Shown: positions 8,947-18,222 of the stretch, piece by piece | Layout: each line of letters opens with the position of its first letter | Position numbering within the stretch: position 1 is the stretch's first letter | Assembly (NCBI GenBank): GCA_017557345.1 | Contig: JAFYZR010000082.1 | Coordinates: forward strand, 57,315 to 121,314 | Direction: 5' to 3' | DNA length: 64,000 nucleotides | Source: Paludibacteraceae bacterium | GTDB lineage: Bacteria > Bacteroidota > Bacteroidia > Bacteroidales > Paludibacteraceae | The notes under the pieces: generated by a model | What the model saw: the letters and a program-made list of their open reading frames with translations, nothing else | What the model was told of the DNA's origin: nothing | Databases searched by the model: none | Position numbers and translations under genes: made by a program

Positions 8947-9960
8947 CTATCCGTTCAAACCAATAGTATAGAACTCCATATCGGACATAGTGTAATCAAA
9001 ATCAAAACCACGACGCTCAAATTCATCTCGAATTTCTTGCCACTTTCCTTGATTTACTAATGGATATATTTCTTTGTTAAATTCCACGAAACGCAGTAAA
9101 ATGTCTGTCTTGCCAAGCATACCTAACGACCATACCATAGAACTAATGATAGGGATGTCACAGAGGCTATTATCAGTTATGTGAGGTTGTTTTGACCAAC
9201 GAGGATTGACACGCCAAGGGTTTCTAATATAATAATAGCCGATAGCATTCAATACGTTTTTATAGAATAATTCTTCTGCTTCTTCATCTCGCACAGGTAT
9301 TGATTGACGGGCGCAGAGATAGAGGTAGGCACTATCAGAAAGTTGCTCGCGGTCAATTTCAAAGGACGACGGCAACCGCAGGCGGACTTGAAGATAATTA
9401 TAGTCCTTGGCTAAATCCTGACGGTTATCGAGAACAAAGGATTGTGGGAAATGGTGACAGATGACGCGAGCGGACTCCATCTCATGGTGCTCATGCCATG
9501 CTTTTTCGACAAAAGGTGTGTAATAGTCATCCCAATGGGTGTCCAGATAACGGAGCGCGAACAGACGGTCAACGGAGGCGTTCTCAAAGAATGTACGAAG
9601 AATTTTTTGCTGTTCTTCAAAAGAGACATATGGCACACGTTCTTTGAGAGCCTTACGGGCTTTTATTCGCATTCCTTTCGTATCAAATTCCTTCAACAGT
9701 TGTGCCGTTGTTTTATTACGCGGTGCGGGGTCGAACTGATGGATAGTGCGTTGGTCTGCTTTGGCTTTGTGCTCTACCTGTACGCGAATCCAACTCGGAA
9801 TGCGAAAATTATTAGGCTCCGCAAGAGATTCGTCTTGCAATGACGCAACGAGCGCATAGCGAATTTTATGAGAAGGGCTATACTTTTCATCGTTTTCAAA
9901 TGTATCCCAACCATCCCAGTTGTTTTGCTCGAAAACATTGTTTAATTCATGTGCTGTCAT
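8947..9960 (-). CDS. Hypothetical protein (337 aa)
   Basis: Long ORF 38 nt downstream of the DnaB-like gene on the same strand. No motif recognised. Confidence 0.5.
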   Translation of the reverse strand: MTAHELNNVFEQNNWDGWDTFENDEKYSPSHKIRYALVASLQDESLAEPNNFRIPSWIRVQVEHKAKADQRTIHQFDPAPRNKTTAQLLKEFDTKGMRIKARKALKERVPYVSFEEQQKILRTFFENASVDRLFALRYLDTHWDDYYTPFVEKAWHEHHEMESARVICHHFPQSFVLDNRQDLAKDYNYLQVRLRLPSSFEIDREQLSDSAYLYLCARQSIPVRDEEAEELFYKNVLNAIGYYYIRNPWRVNPRWSKQPHITDNSLCDIPIISSMVWSLGMLGKTDILLRFVEFNKEIYPLVNQGKWQEIRDEFERRGFDFDYTMSDMEFYTIGLNG

Positions 9961-9998
9961 AGAAGTGTTGTTTTAAAAGATGATATATTCGTAGTCAA

Positions 9999-10850
9999 CT
10001 AAAACGGAAGATCAGACGGGGTGGAACCATCCTCTGCAACCCAAAGTTCGTGCTCAGGGTCATATACGCGAGCTGTATGGTGGTCAAACCGAAGCTTCAT
10101 CCCCTCGCAATCGCCCAAGTTATATCCGTATATATACATACATCCACGAATATCTTCACCCGTTCGTTCGTCATTGTATATATGATAATATTCCGGACGA
10201 TATGAGAAGATTATTTTCTGAGCATAATAAGCAAGATCTCCTCCCCAGAAGTCTCCTAATTGAGGTTGTTTTCCTTCAATACCACAACGTTCTTCCGTAT
10301 TGAGATTCAAACCATCAGCCACAACAATGCGGGTATCTAACATATAGGCTAAATCTCTTAATTCACGACACATATATTCTTCAGGAGTCATTCCGGTGCT
10401 TATCAATCTATCGTCAATCACTATATCTTGAAGGCTATCAATAAAGATACAATATGGACTTATCTCGCTTACATCGTCCCATAGTTTCGTTTTGATAGCG
10501 TGAAAATCATCAGCATGGAATAAGTGTGCAAAGTAAAGTGGCACATCTTTTAAGAAGGGGCACGAACACCCCTCTGTCCGACCGACATACCGACTGATTT
10601 TATCCGCTATTTTATGATGAGGATGTGCGTAGTACACAACTCGCTTACCAGCTTTAGCCATTTCAAGCGCCATTGATACCATGAGAGAAGTGCCACCCAT
10701 ACAGGGGTGGGAACCCACAAGAGTTAAATCTTTCTCTAAACTTTCACAGAGGCGCTGAAAACCACCTCGTTTTAGAGATTAGTCAACCTTGTTGGATTCA
10801 ATTCGCTTTGCGTAAGCGTCAACGATAGAATATATTTGTTGCGTTTTCAT
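9999..10850 (-). pseudogene. DnaB-C/RecA-like ATPase gene interrupted by an in-frame TAA
   Basis: ATG at 10850 reads MKTQQIYSIVDAYAKRIESNKVD, then TAA at 10779-10781. The same frame continues SLKRGGFQRLCESLEKDLTLVGSHPCMGGTSLMVSMALEMAKAGKRVVY into the 239-aa ORF. The Walker A position reads GGT instead of GKT. Confidence 0.6.
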
Positions 10851-11638
10851 AATGAGAAAAATGTAGTGTCAGAAGAAATCGTATTGAGCTGGTCATCATA
10901 TTCGCTTGAGGCTTGATATAATAAATACAAATCACCATTCTCATCTACGTGATATCCATAGGTGCCCCAAGCATAACTGCCTTCATACAAGAAATTTGTA
11001 ATGGTTTTATGAGATGAGTCAAATTGTGTATTCGCGTCTACCGAAAAATATGTGGGATCATTAACAGGGATTTTTATGGATAACTCTGAGTCAGTGATGT
11101 CATATATTTCATAGCTTGGGCCGCTTTTAGAACCACCCATGAAAAATCCTAAAAGCAATTCTAATTCACCATCGAAGTCAGCATCGTAGAATTGATATTC
11201 GGCATATGGCAGCAGGGGATTGACCGCATATGCATACGGCTGTGCATTGTAATGGAAAACGTACGAGTCGCCGTTCTTAAAACCGGAGAAATCTCTGGCT
11301 CTTACGATTTCGTATACATTTTTGCTCATAAACAAATTCTTGAAACAATGGCACTTTTCATTCCAATCAGTCCATACATATTCCTTGCCAGATTTTTGGG
11401 AGCGGAAGAAAATGCGTGCGCCATTTTCATATTCACTCCAACCATTCTTCTGCGAGTGATATGGATAGAGAATCCCGCTCACCTCAAAATCATTGATGAT
11501 GGTATCAAAACGGAAGTACACGCTAATAAAACGAGTGTCGTTCTGCAGCGGATTTTTAATTGCCAATTCTTGCACCCAATCATTGCCATATACAGCAAGC
11601 GAGAATATAGCAAATGAGATAAATAAAAAGCGTTTCAT
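10847..11638 (-). CDS. Secreted hypothetical protein with FG-GAP/VCBS-like DADFDGELELL motif
   Basis: Start taken at ATG 11638 (MKRFLFISFAIFSLAVYG signal peptide). Its TGA overlaps the ATG of the next gene (ATGA at 10847-10850). Confidence 0.5.
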   Translation of the reverse strand: MKRFLFISFAIFSLAVYGNDWVQELAIKNPLQNDTRFISVYFRFDTIINDFEVSGILYPYHSQKNGWSEYENGARIFFRSQKSGKEYVWTDWNEKCHCFKNLFMSKNVYEIVRARDFSGFKNGDSYVFHYNAQPYAYAVNPLLPYAEYQFYDADFDGELELLLGFFMGGSKSGPSYEIYDITDSELSIKIPVNDPTYFSVDANTQFDSSHKTITNFLYEGSYAWGTYGYHVDENGDLYLLYQASSEYDDQLNTISSDTTFFSL

Positions 11639-11817
11639 GGAGTTTTTTGTGTATTTAAATACGATGGTGGCAATGCCAACAATAATAATGGCTGCCTTAT
11701 TCATAGTTGTAGTTAGTAAAAAAGTTCGTGAATGGAGTTAAGGTTTAGTCGATAATTTCTATCGATAACCTGGGCTTATTCAAAGATGGTATCCACTTCT
11801 TCATTTAATGTAAATTT

Positions 11818-12681
11818 TTACTTAAAAACAAATGATTCTAATTGTGTCATTACTTCCCAAAATTCTCGTGGAAGACGTAAGCGCATTTCCTCAATGATAT
11901 ATTCAGGAATGTCATCATAGAACGCATGTGCTATTCCGCCTGTGATGCAAGCAAGTGTATCACTATCTCCACCAAGCGAGACCGCTAATCGAATAGCAGA
12001 TTCAAAGTCATGGCTATCAAAGAAAGCTATGAGCGCCGGAGGAACAGTGCCTTGACACGACGCCTCCCAACCATAAGAAGGGCGTATCTCATCGCATGTG
12101 TGATGCAAATCGTAGCCAAACGTTTCCTCAATACTTTCTCGAATCGTTTCTTTTGAATCGCCTCTATGAGCCATCCAGATTGCAACAGCAACAGCCTGCG
12201 CGCCTTTAATACCTTCCGGATGGTTGTGGGTGATTTCAGCAGACCGTTTGCCTAATTCCATTGCATCCCGAAACGTATATGCAGCCCAACCACAAGCGGA
12301 AGCTCGCATGGCAGAACCATTGCCCCAAGAATTATATGGATGCCGTTCTAATGACCTACTATAAGTCATATCTTCACGACTATAATCGGCGAGCAACTGC
12401 GGAGCAAATAACCATCTTGAAAACCCGCCTCCATAGCCCCCCATAGGGCAAGGATACTTCTTTGCCCACGAGACAAGCTTATCTTCCAATGCAGATTGAG
12501 AGCGGTCTGTGCTACTTAACCAATCTGCAACGGCAATAGTCATAATACTATCATCCGTATAGTTAGCCTGCTTGTCAAACAATGGCTGAAAATCCGGAGA
12601 TTTGATATTGTCAAACTCATAAATCGAGCCGACGGTGTCACCAATTAGGGCGCCTAAACAAGGATAATATCGCCATTTCAT
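11818..12681 (-). CDS. ADP-ribosylglycohydrolase family protein (DraG/Tri1/ARH-like)
   Basis: GALIGDTVGS near the N-terminus, GNGSAMR, and a C-terminal GGDSDTLACITGG. These are the characteristic ARH metal-site motifs. The start could also be 12717. Confidence 0.8.
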   Translation of the reverse strand: MKWRYYPCLGALIGDTVGSIYEFDNIKSPDFQPLFDKQANYTDDSIMTIAVADWLSSTDRSQSALEDKLVSWAKKYPCPMGGYGGGFSRWLFAPQLLADYSREDMTYSRSLERHPYNSWGNGSAMRASACGWAAYTFRDAMELGKRSAEITHNHPEGIKGAQAVAVAIWMAHRGDSKETIRESIEETFGYDLHHTCDEIRPSYGWEASCQGTVPPALIAFFDSHDFESAIRLAVSLGGDSDTLACITGGIAHAFYDDIPEYIIEEMRLRLPREFWEVMTQLESFVFK

Positions 12682-12745
12682 ATACGTACTATTATATGAG
12701 CGTGATTTCGGGAACATGTATTTAATTTAAGAGCCAATCGTTGTA

Positions 12746-12753
12746 CAAATCTA
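12746..12753 (-). promoter_or_regulatory. -7 box TAGATTTG (minus) upstream of the ARH gene
   Basis: Plus strand CAAATCTA matches TAnnTTTG. Confidence 0.4.
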
Positions 12754-12782
12754 CCTCTCCATTAAATATTGGAAATATACAC

Positions 12783-15716
12783 CTATTCATCTTGCTGCAT
12801 TGCTGATAGCCTATAATTACGATGTAATTTTTCTAAAAGGAAAGTCGCTCCACAAACCTTATTTGTACATGCATAATCAAGATCCGACCTTCCGATAATC
12901 ATTTCTAATTTAGATCCACATTGGGGACAATATATCTCATCTCTTTCCAAATGACCTATATGATTTTCAACGGCCCTCTTCAAACTTAGCGGAATAGAAT
13001 CTGGTCTATGCTCTTGCAAAAATGACAACCTACGAGAAAAAACTTGATGTGAACAACATGTTGCACATCGACCGCAGATTACCCATCCATTAGGACACTT
13101 TTTGGTATCACGTTCATCTATCGGTTCCTGACAATCAGGATTAAGGCAATGACTCAAATAAATTTTCAACCCTTTCTTGATACAATTACTGTTTATGCAC
13201 TCATAATGCGAAGATACGGACACCCCAAGATTCGTCAATCCCATTGATGGCATCATTAACCGACCGCACTCTCTACAGAATAAATGCTTAGCAAATTGAT
13301 TAAATCGGTTAATCAACGTAACAAATTTAAGATATTTACCATTAACGCACCGATGTCCAGCATAGTCTACTTCACTCATATCGAACCCCATTATATGACA
13401 GAAGTCATACATAGTGTACTCTTTCCAATCTGAGTGAAAAACCAATCTGTTTTTAGCGCAATAAGTGTTACGACACCAATAGCGTGTATTCCCCATTTCG
13501 TCTTTTTTCTCTAGTTCTCTCCCCTCGCAAAATATTACCCCATGTGGTCTTCCATAATTTCTTTCTATTCTTCTTTTTCCTATATACTTCCCTCTATCAT
13601 CATATTCATCTTTATATTTTCTCCATTCGATTCCTCCGCACTCGTCAAAGAGTTGGTAAATAAGAGGATGTGACCGTTCTCTAAAATCCTCGTTTGTTAA
13701 ACTAGTTAACAACAACGATAAAATATCACGCTCAACAAAAAACTCTTTCCGAACTTGGAATTTAAGCATCGCTTCAATCACAAGATCTACATCAAAACAT
13801 ACATGAATTTGCTTGTTATTGTGCTGCAACTGTTGATTTTTAGAAGTCAAGACTAGTAATGGCTCAAGTGATTTTGAGATAAAATTACTCTCCATCAAGT
13901 AAAAGATGTAGCGCAGGATTTTAACTTGTTCATATTCGGAAAACAAATAGAAATACTTCGAAAGTTGGTCAAATTCAATTTTTTTATCTTCCGAATCAAC
14001 TTTTACATAATTTTCATACCACTCTATGACAGATAAATATTCACTATCATGTTTTGGAACATTAAATTTAATATCTAATTCTTTGAACTTTCGCAATAGC
14101 AAGTAATCAAAAGCAAAACGTTCCTCTGACATGTCTTTAGTGGATTCTAATTTGGAAATATACCAATCATGCATAATCTCCTCGGCAAGATTTTTATCTA
14201 TATAGCCAAATTTGAACCATTCATTAAGCCCCCTTATAGGATCCTGATTATCGTTCAACATCATGCGAAGCCACTCATCTTTTGAGGGAGCAGGAACAAT
14301 TTCACATCTCCATAACTTCACATATTTCCCATCAACAACTTTTTTTGTTTCCTGAATAATATCATCTACTAGTTGAGACATACTCGTTTCCCATCTGTTC
14401 ATATGCGCGCAAGCGGAACTTCCGTCCCAACCTGAATGTTCCCTCAAAATAACAGCGCACGCTTTTACAACAAGTTTTGCTTCCTCTATATGAGTGTTGT
14501 AAAATTGAACAATGGTATCATCATCACAATTTTCTAGCGTTTTAACAATAGCTTCATCACTAATTCTATCCCTAAGCGACAAGTCAAAATTAGAGATGTA
14601 AAGCCAAGCTTTTTCCTCGTCCTCTAAATCTGCATACTGAGAAGCATAACAATCGCGGAAACGCGAACATGTCATCTCAGCAACATTATGGCTTTCCATC
14701 GCCATTATGAATTCTGCATCATTTCTGTAATCACCAGTAAAGAAAGCTTCTACTGCTTTGGCTTTCACAACAAAATCTTCTATCTGTTCAATGATACCTA
14801 ACAATATCTCCTTATGCGTGAAGAAGGAATGAAAAATATGGACTAACTTGTTTGACTCTATATCGGGTAAAATATATTTTGAGAGGCATAACAAGAAATT
14901 CGCATTAATTTCGTCAGATTGTCCTAAAGATTTTACCTTAACCAAAGTTTTGCAACATTGTTCAAATGTATAATCAGCTTCACACTCAAGTAGATAAGGC
15001 TTAGTATCGAGCAGAATATCTGCATAATCCCCAGATTTAGCCCAGTGAACGGTAGAATACGATTGCAATGCCCGAACTAGCGCAGAAGAAGCAATTTTTC
15101 TATAGCCGATATCACCTTTCCAAAAATGTTCAAAAATAAATGTAAAACCATCTTCCTCTTTAGGATGTCGAACCATATAGGCTGTCATCCTTCCTTTTCT
15201 CTTGTCAATTGCAGCCTTGTAAAATACCAAGTCGCCATCAATTATAGTTTCACCCTCTTGGCAATTATTTACATGATAAAAGCATTCGTCCCCATTCTCG
15301 TTTTTTACTAGCCCATAAACTTGATAACCATAGTGTCCATCCCTGAATAGTTGAACGATACCATACGAAAAAGGCACGTCTTTAAGCCAGCTCTCATTAC
15401 TATCCCTAACATATCGAAAACAAGGATTATTTTTCTCATCTTTGTCACGATGCTTACTTTCCAATTGAGAATTGGATTGCACGACAACTTTTGGAATTAT
15501 TTTTCCATAAGCGTTAGTAACGGTTTCGAATCTCACACCATCAACGCCTTTGTCATCGATATTTTTAAACTGTTGCTCTAAGCGTGAGTACAAATCATCA
15601 GACAGCCTATAATTTGGATCACTTTCAACTTCAAAGCCATTGCTCTCACACCACTGCGTTAGAGTAGACATCCCAATGTTTAACTCCTTACATGCTTTTA
15701 TTAGTTTTACAGCCAT
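12783..15716 (-). CDS. Large uncharacterised protein: IF2-N-like HTH, cold-shock-like barrel, helical core, four C-terminal zinc ribbons
   Basis: Start at ATG 15716 (MAVKLIKACKELNIGMSTLTQWCESNGFEV). YGIVQLFRDGHYGYQV...DGDLVFYKAAIDKRKGRMTAYMV is CSD-like. C-terminal Cys pairs: CRNTYC, CRECG...ECINSNC, CLNPDC...CPNGWVICGRCATCC, CPQCG...CTNKVC. Confidence 0.6.
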   Translation of the reverse strand: MAVKLIKACKELNIGMSTLTQWCESNGFEVESDPNYRLSDDLYSRLEQQFKNIDDKGVDGVRFETVTNAYGKIIPKVVVQSNSQLESKHRDKDEKNNPCFRYVRDSNESWLKDVPFSYGIVQLFRDGHYGYQVYGLVKNENGDECFYHVNNCQEGETIIDGDLVFYKAAIDKRKGRMTAYMVRHPKEEDGFTFIFEHFWKGDIGYRKIASSALVRALQSYSTVHWAKSGDYADILLDTKPYLLECEADYTFEQCCKTLVKVKSLGQSDEINANFLLCLSKYILPDIESNKLVHIFHSFFTHKEILLGIIEQIEDFVVKAKAVEAFFTGDYRNDAEFIMAMESHNVAEMTCSRFRDCYASQYADLEDEEKAWLYISNFDLSLRDRISDEAIVKTLENCDDDTIVQFYNTHIEEAKLVVKACAVILREHSGWDGSSACAHMNRWETSMSQLVDDIIQETKKVVDGKYVKLWRCEIVPAPSKDEWLRMMLNDNQDPIRGLNEWFKFGYIDKNLAEEIMHDWYISKLESTKDMSEERFAFDYLLLRKFKELDIKFNVPKHDSEYLSVIEWYENYVKVDSEDKKIEFDQLSKYFYLFSEYEQVKILRYIFYLMESNFISKSLEPLLVLTSKNQQLQHNNKQIHVCFDVDLVIEAMLKFQVRKEFFVERDILSLLLTSLTNEDFRERSHPLIYQLFDECGGIEWRKYKDEYDDRGKYIGKRRIERNYGRPHGVIFCEGRELEKKDEMGNTRYWCRNTYCAKNRLVFHSDWKEYTMYDFCHIMGFDMSEVDYAGHRCVNGKYLKFVTLINRFNQFAKHLFCRECGRLMMPSMGLTNLGVSVSSHYECINSNCIKKGLKIYLSHCLNPDCQEPIDERDTKKCPNGWVICGRCATCCSHQVFSRRLSFLQEHRPDSIPLSLKRAVENHIGHLERDEIYCPQCGSKLEMIIGRSDLDYACTNKVCGATFLLEKLHRNYRLSAMQQDE

Positions 15717-15737
15717 AGTATAAGCGTATTTCAAGAA

Positions 15738-15833
15738 TTATATAGCACCTATATATACAAAATTTGCGTGATATGTTACTAATGTTTTACGTTCATCCCA
15801 AAACGCTACTTCATATTTATCAAAGTATGCCAT
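15738..15833 (-). pseudogene. 31-codon stub of a BspA-type LRR gene
   Basis: MAYFDKYEVAFWDERKTLVTYHANFVYIGAI then a stop. The first 57 nt match the 5' end of the 15856..17277 gene at 48 of 57 positions (my own count). Confidence 0.6.
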
Positions 15834-15855
15834 AACTATTTATCTAATGTTTACA

Positions 15856-17277
15856 TTACAAGATTTGATTTTTGTTCCTACTTTCTAATTCAAAGTAACA
15901 TTCCTTTGTCGCAAGGATATCTGAAAGAGCATCGTGAGCATCATCAAAATTGCGATTAAACAATTTAAGATATAGTTCTTGTAGTGTGGGCCATTTATAA
16001 CCGCCATAGTACGAATTAGGATTGGGGATCGCGCAAAAGTTCATGGAATTTTTCATTGTGCAGATAGATGATTTTTTAAATAGCGAATCATAGTCCAATC
16101 CCAAACGATATAATTCTGCGCATACAATATGAAGATCAAAATCAACATTATGCCCCACGATCTTCTCCGCACTTTCTAGATCTTTCATGAATTCCTCTAG
16201 AACCAAGCGCAATGGCCAACCTTCTCGCTTTGCTCGTTCGGTTGTTATCCCATGCACTTCTGAGGCTTCGTCTGGGATATTGAAGCCTTCCGGATATATG
16301 ATTGCCGATTTACGTTTAAGTTCAATTCCATCTTCATCCACCAGCAACCATGCTAATTGCACTAAACGCGGCCAATTATCCGAGTCTTTAATAGGAGCAT
16401 TGTAGTTGTGAGGAAGCCCAGCTGTCTCGGTGTCAAAGAAAAGGTATTTTGGTTGAGAGGTGGAGACTTTCTCATTACTCAATGCCTTCGCGTCATAACA
16501 ATAGATATCATCCTCTCCTTCACACGAAAAAACAATCAATTCAATAGATGCAGGATCTACTTTATCTCCTTCTTTAAGTTCGCTTCGAGTTGATAACGGC
16601 CAATAAATAGGCTCGCGTCTTTTTTTTATATGGGCTTCTAATGCAAGCCGGTCATCATAATTATTCTCATCATTGTGAATATCTTTCTTCACTCTAACTT
16701 CTACATATTCAATCATAGCGAGAATGTCTTCTGGAATATTTTCTCTTGCGACTTCCTCCCAGACTTTGCTCTCCGCATCTTCTTCAACTAAAATATCACG
16801 AAAATCCTTCAAACCATCCATCTCTGCAAAACGAGCATATTGGCCTTTGGGTATACGGATTTCTTTTAGCCCTTTACAACCCGTAAAGGCGCCTTCTCCA
16901 ATGTGTGTGACACTATTATGAAGAATTACACTTGTTATACCGGAGCAATAATCTCCTGTGTTAACGGCATGAGTGTGAGCCACAATAATAACCGGCTGGT
17001 AGCAATATGCGAACGCAACCTCTCCTATATTAGTTATGCTATCAGGTATCACTATACTTTTTAGCCCTTTGCACCCCATAAAAGCTCCATCTTCTATACA
17101 AATGACGCTGTCGGGAATAATCACATCTGTCATCCTAAAACAACCTTCGAAGGCGCATTCTCCAATCCTTGTAACGCTGCTTGGGATAGTATATTCACCT
17201 TGAAAGTCTTTAGGGCATCGAACTAATGTTTTTAGATCATCCGAAAACTCTACTCCATATTTATCGATGTATGCCAT
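15856..17277 (-). CDS. Fusion protein: N-terminal BspA-type leucine-rich repeats + C-terminal DEDDh (DnaQ/epsilon-like) 3'-5' exonuclease
   Basis: LRR units have the form IPxSVxxIGxxAFxGCxxL (x4). Exonuclease motifs: YLFFDTETAG (ExoI), GHNVDFDLHIV (ExoII), AHDALSDILAT (ExoIII, DEDDh type). No signal peptide. Confidence 0.75.
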   Translation of the reverse strand: MAYIDKYGVEFSDDLKTLVRCPKDFQGEYTIPSSVTRIGECAFEGCFRMTDVIIPDSVICIEDGAFMGCKGLKSIVIPDSITNIGEVAFAYCYQPVIIVAHTHAVNTGDYCSGITSVILHNSVTHIGEGAFTGCKGLKEIRIPKGQYARFAEMDGLKDFRDILVEEDAESKVWEEVARENIPEDILAMIEYVEVRVKKDIHNDENNYDDRLALEAHIKKRREPIYWPLSTRSELKEGDKVDPASIELIVFSCEGEDDIYCYDAKALSNEKVSTSQPKYLFFDTETAGLPHNYNAPIKDSDNWPRLVQLAWLLVDEDGIELKRKSAIIYPEGFNIPDEASEVHGITTERAKREGWPLRLVLEEFMKDLESAEKIVGHNVDFDLHIVCAELYRLGLDYDSLFKKSSICTMKNSMNFCAIPNPNSYYGGYKWPTLQELYLKLFNRNFDDAHDALSDILATKECYFELESRNKNQIL

Positions 17278-17278
17278 T

Positions 17279-18139
17279 TTACCAATATATAGGTTCTTTA
17301 ATATTTTTTTCTATTATACCTAAATTCATCAGTTTTTTCTTCAAACTTTCATTTTCGCCGTCAGCATGATAATATATAGTCCAGTCCGCAGCATTGATAT
17401 CATGATTGACTTCAATTATCTTCTCCATGTATGGCTTGTCAATCTCGTTCAAAGAAAATCCCATAATGATGAAGTGCTTGATATTAGTGTACTTCTGAAA
17501 AGTTTCATTGTGGAGTTCTATAATTCCTGTTACATTTTTAGCTCCTTTTTCTATTTCTTGATTTATACTATCAATATTTGGATAAAGAAGTTCGTGCGCA
17601 GCCCTACTATCCTCTGCATGTTTCATTAATTTAACGTAATTTGCGCCATGACCTACTATAATAGCGTGTTCATCCTTAGCGAAGTCTATGACAGAGTTAT
17701 GTATATGGCAAATGTTATCTGCGTTGATATTGTATGATTTTTCTAACAGTAATGTATAGTTGAAGGTAAAATACAAAGATGAATTGTTGATAATATCTAA
17801 TAAGGGATGAAAATTAACGTTGATGTTACTATTTACAGATTTAATCCAATTCCCAAAGAACAGAGGCAGGTTCCTAACTAAATTTTGGACTTTATATGGA
17901 GCCATAGCTTCACCATTGTGCGAACGAATAAGATTCAAATAATTTACCTTTCCGAGCATCTCCTCAAAGTTACACCACCACATTTCATCTTTTATATTCT
18001 CATAGCCATAGATATCAACTAAGTAAGATTTTAAAGTAGCATTCCCTTGTACATGAGCATCTCTAAAATCTGAATATTTCGTCGGAAGCTCATGCTTAAG
18101 GTCAAATCCATTCCCAATTATGTATAGAGTATCCTTCAT
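17279..18139 (-). CDS. AbiH-family abortive-infection protein
   Basis: Start at ATG 18139 gives MKDTLYIIGNGFDLKHELPTKYSDF, the characteristic AbiH N-terminal signature. Its TAA (17279-17281) lies 1 nt from the ATG (17277) of the LRR-exonuclease gene. Confidence 0.7.
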   Translation of the reverse strand: MKDTLYIIGNGFDLKHELPTKYSDFRDAHVQGNATLKSYLVDIYGYENIKDEMWWCNFEEMLGKVNYLNLIRSHNGEAMAPYKVQNLVRNLPLFFGNWIKSVNSNINVNFHPLLDIINNSSLYFTFNYTLLLEKSYNINADNICHIHNSVIDFAKDEHAIIVGHGANYVKLMKHAEDSRAAHELLYPNIDSINQEIEKGAKNVTGIIELHNETFQKYTNIKHFIIMGFSLNEIDKPYMEKIIEVNHDINAADWTIYYHADGENESLKKKLMNLGIIEKNIKEPIYW

Positions 18140-18222
18140 TATTTGTGATTTTTCTTGCAACGGCCTCGAATTTATCTCATAAGTCTCTCTCTCGTATAGA
18201 TGGCAGTCGATATATTTAAATA

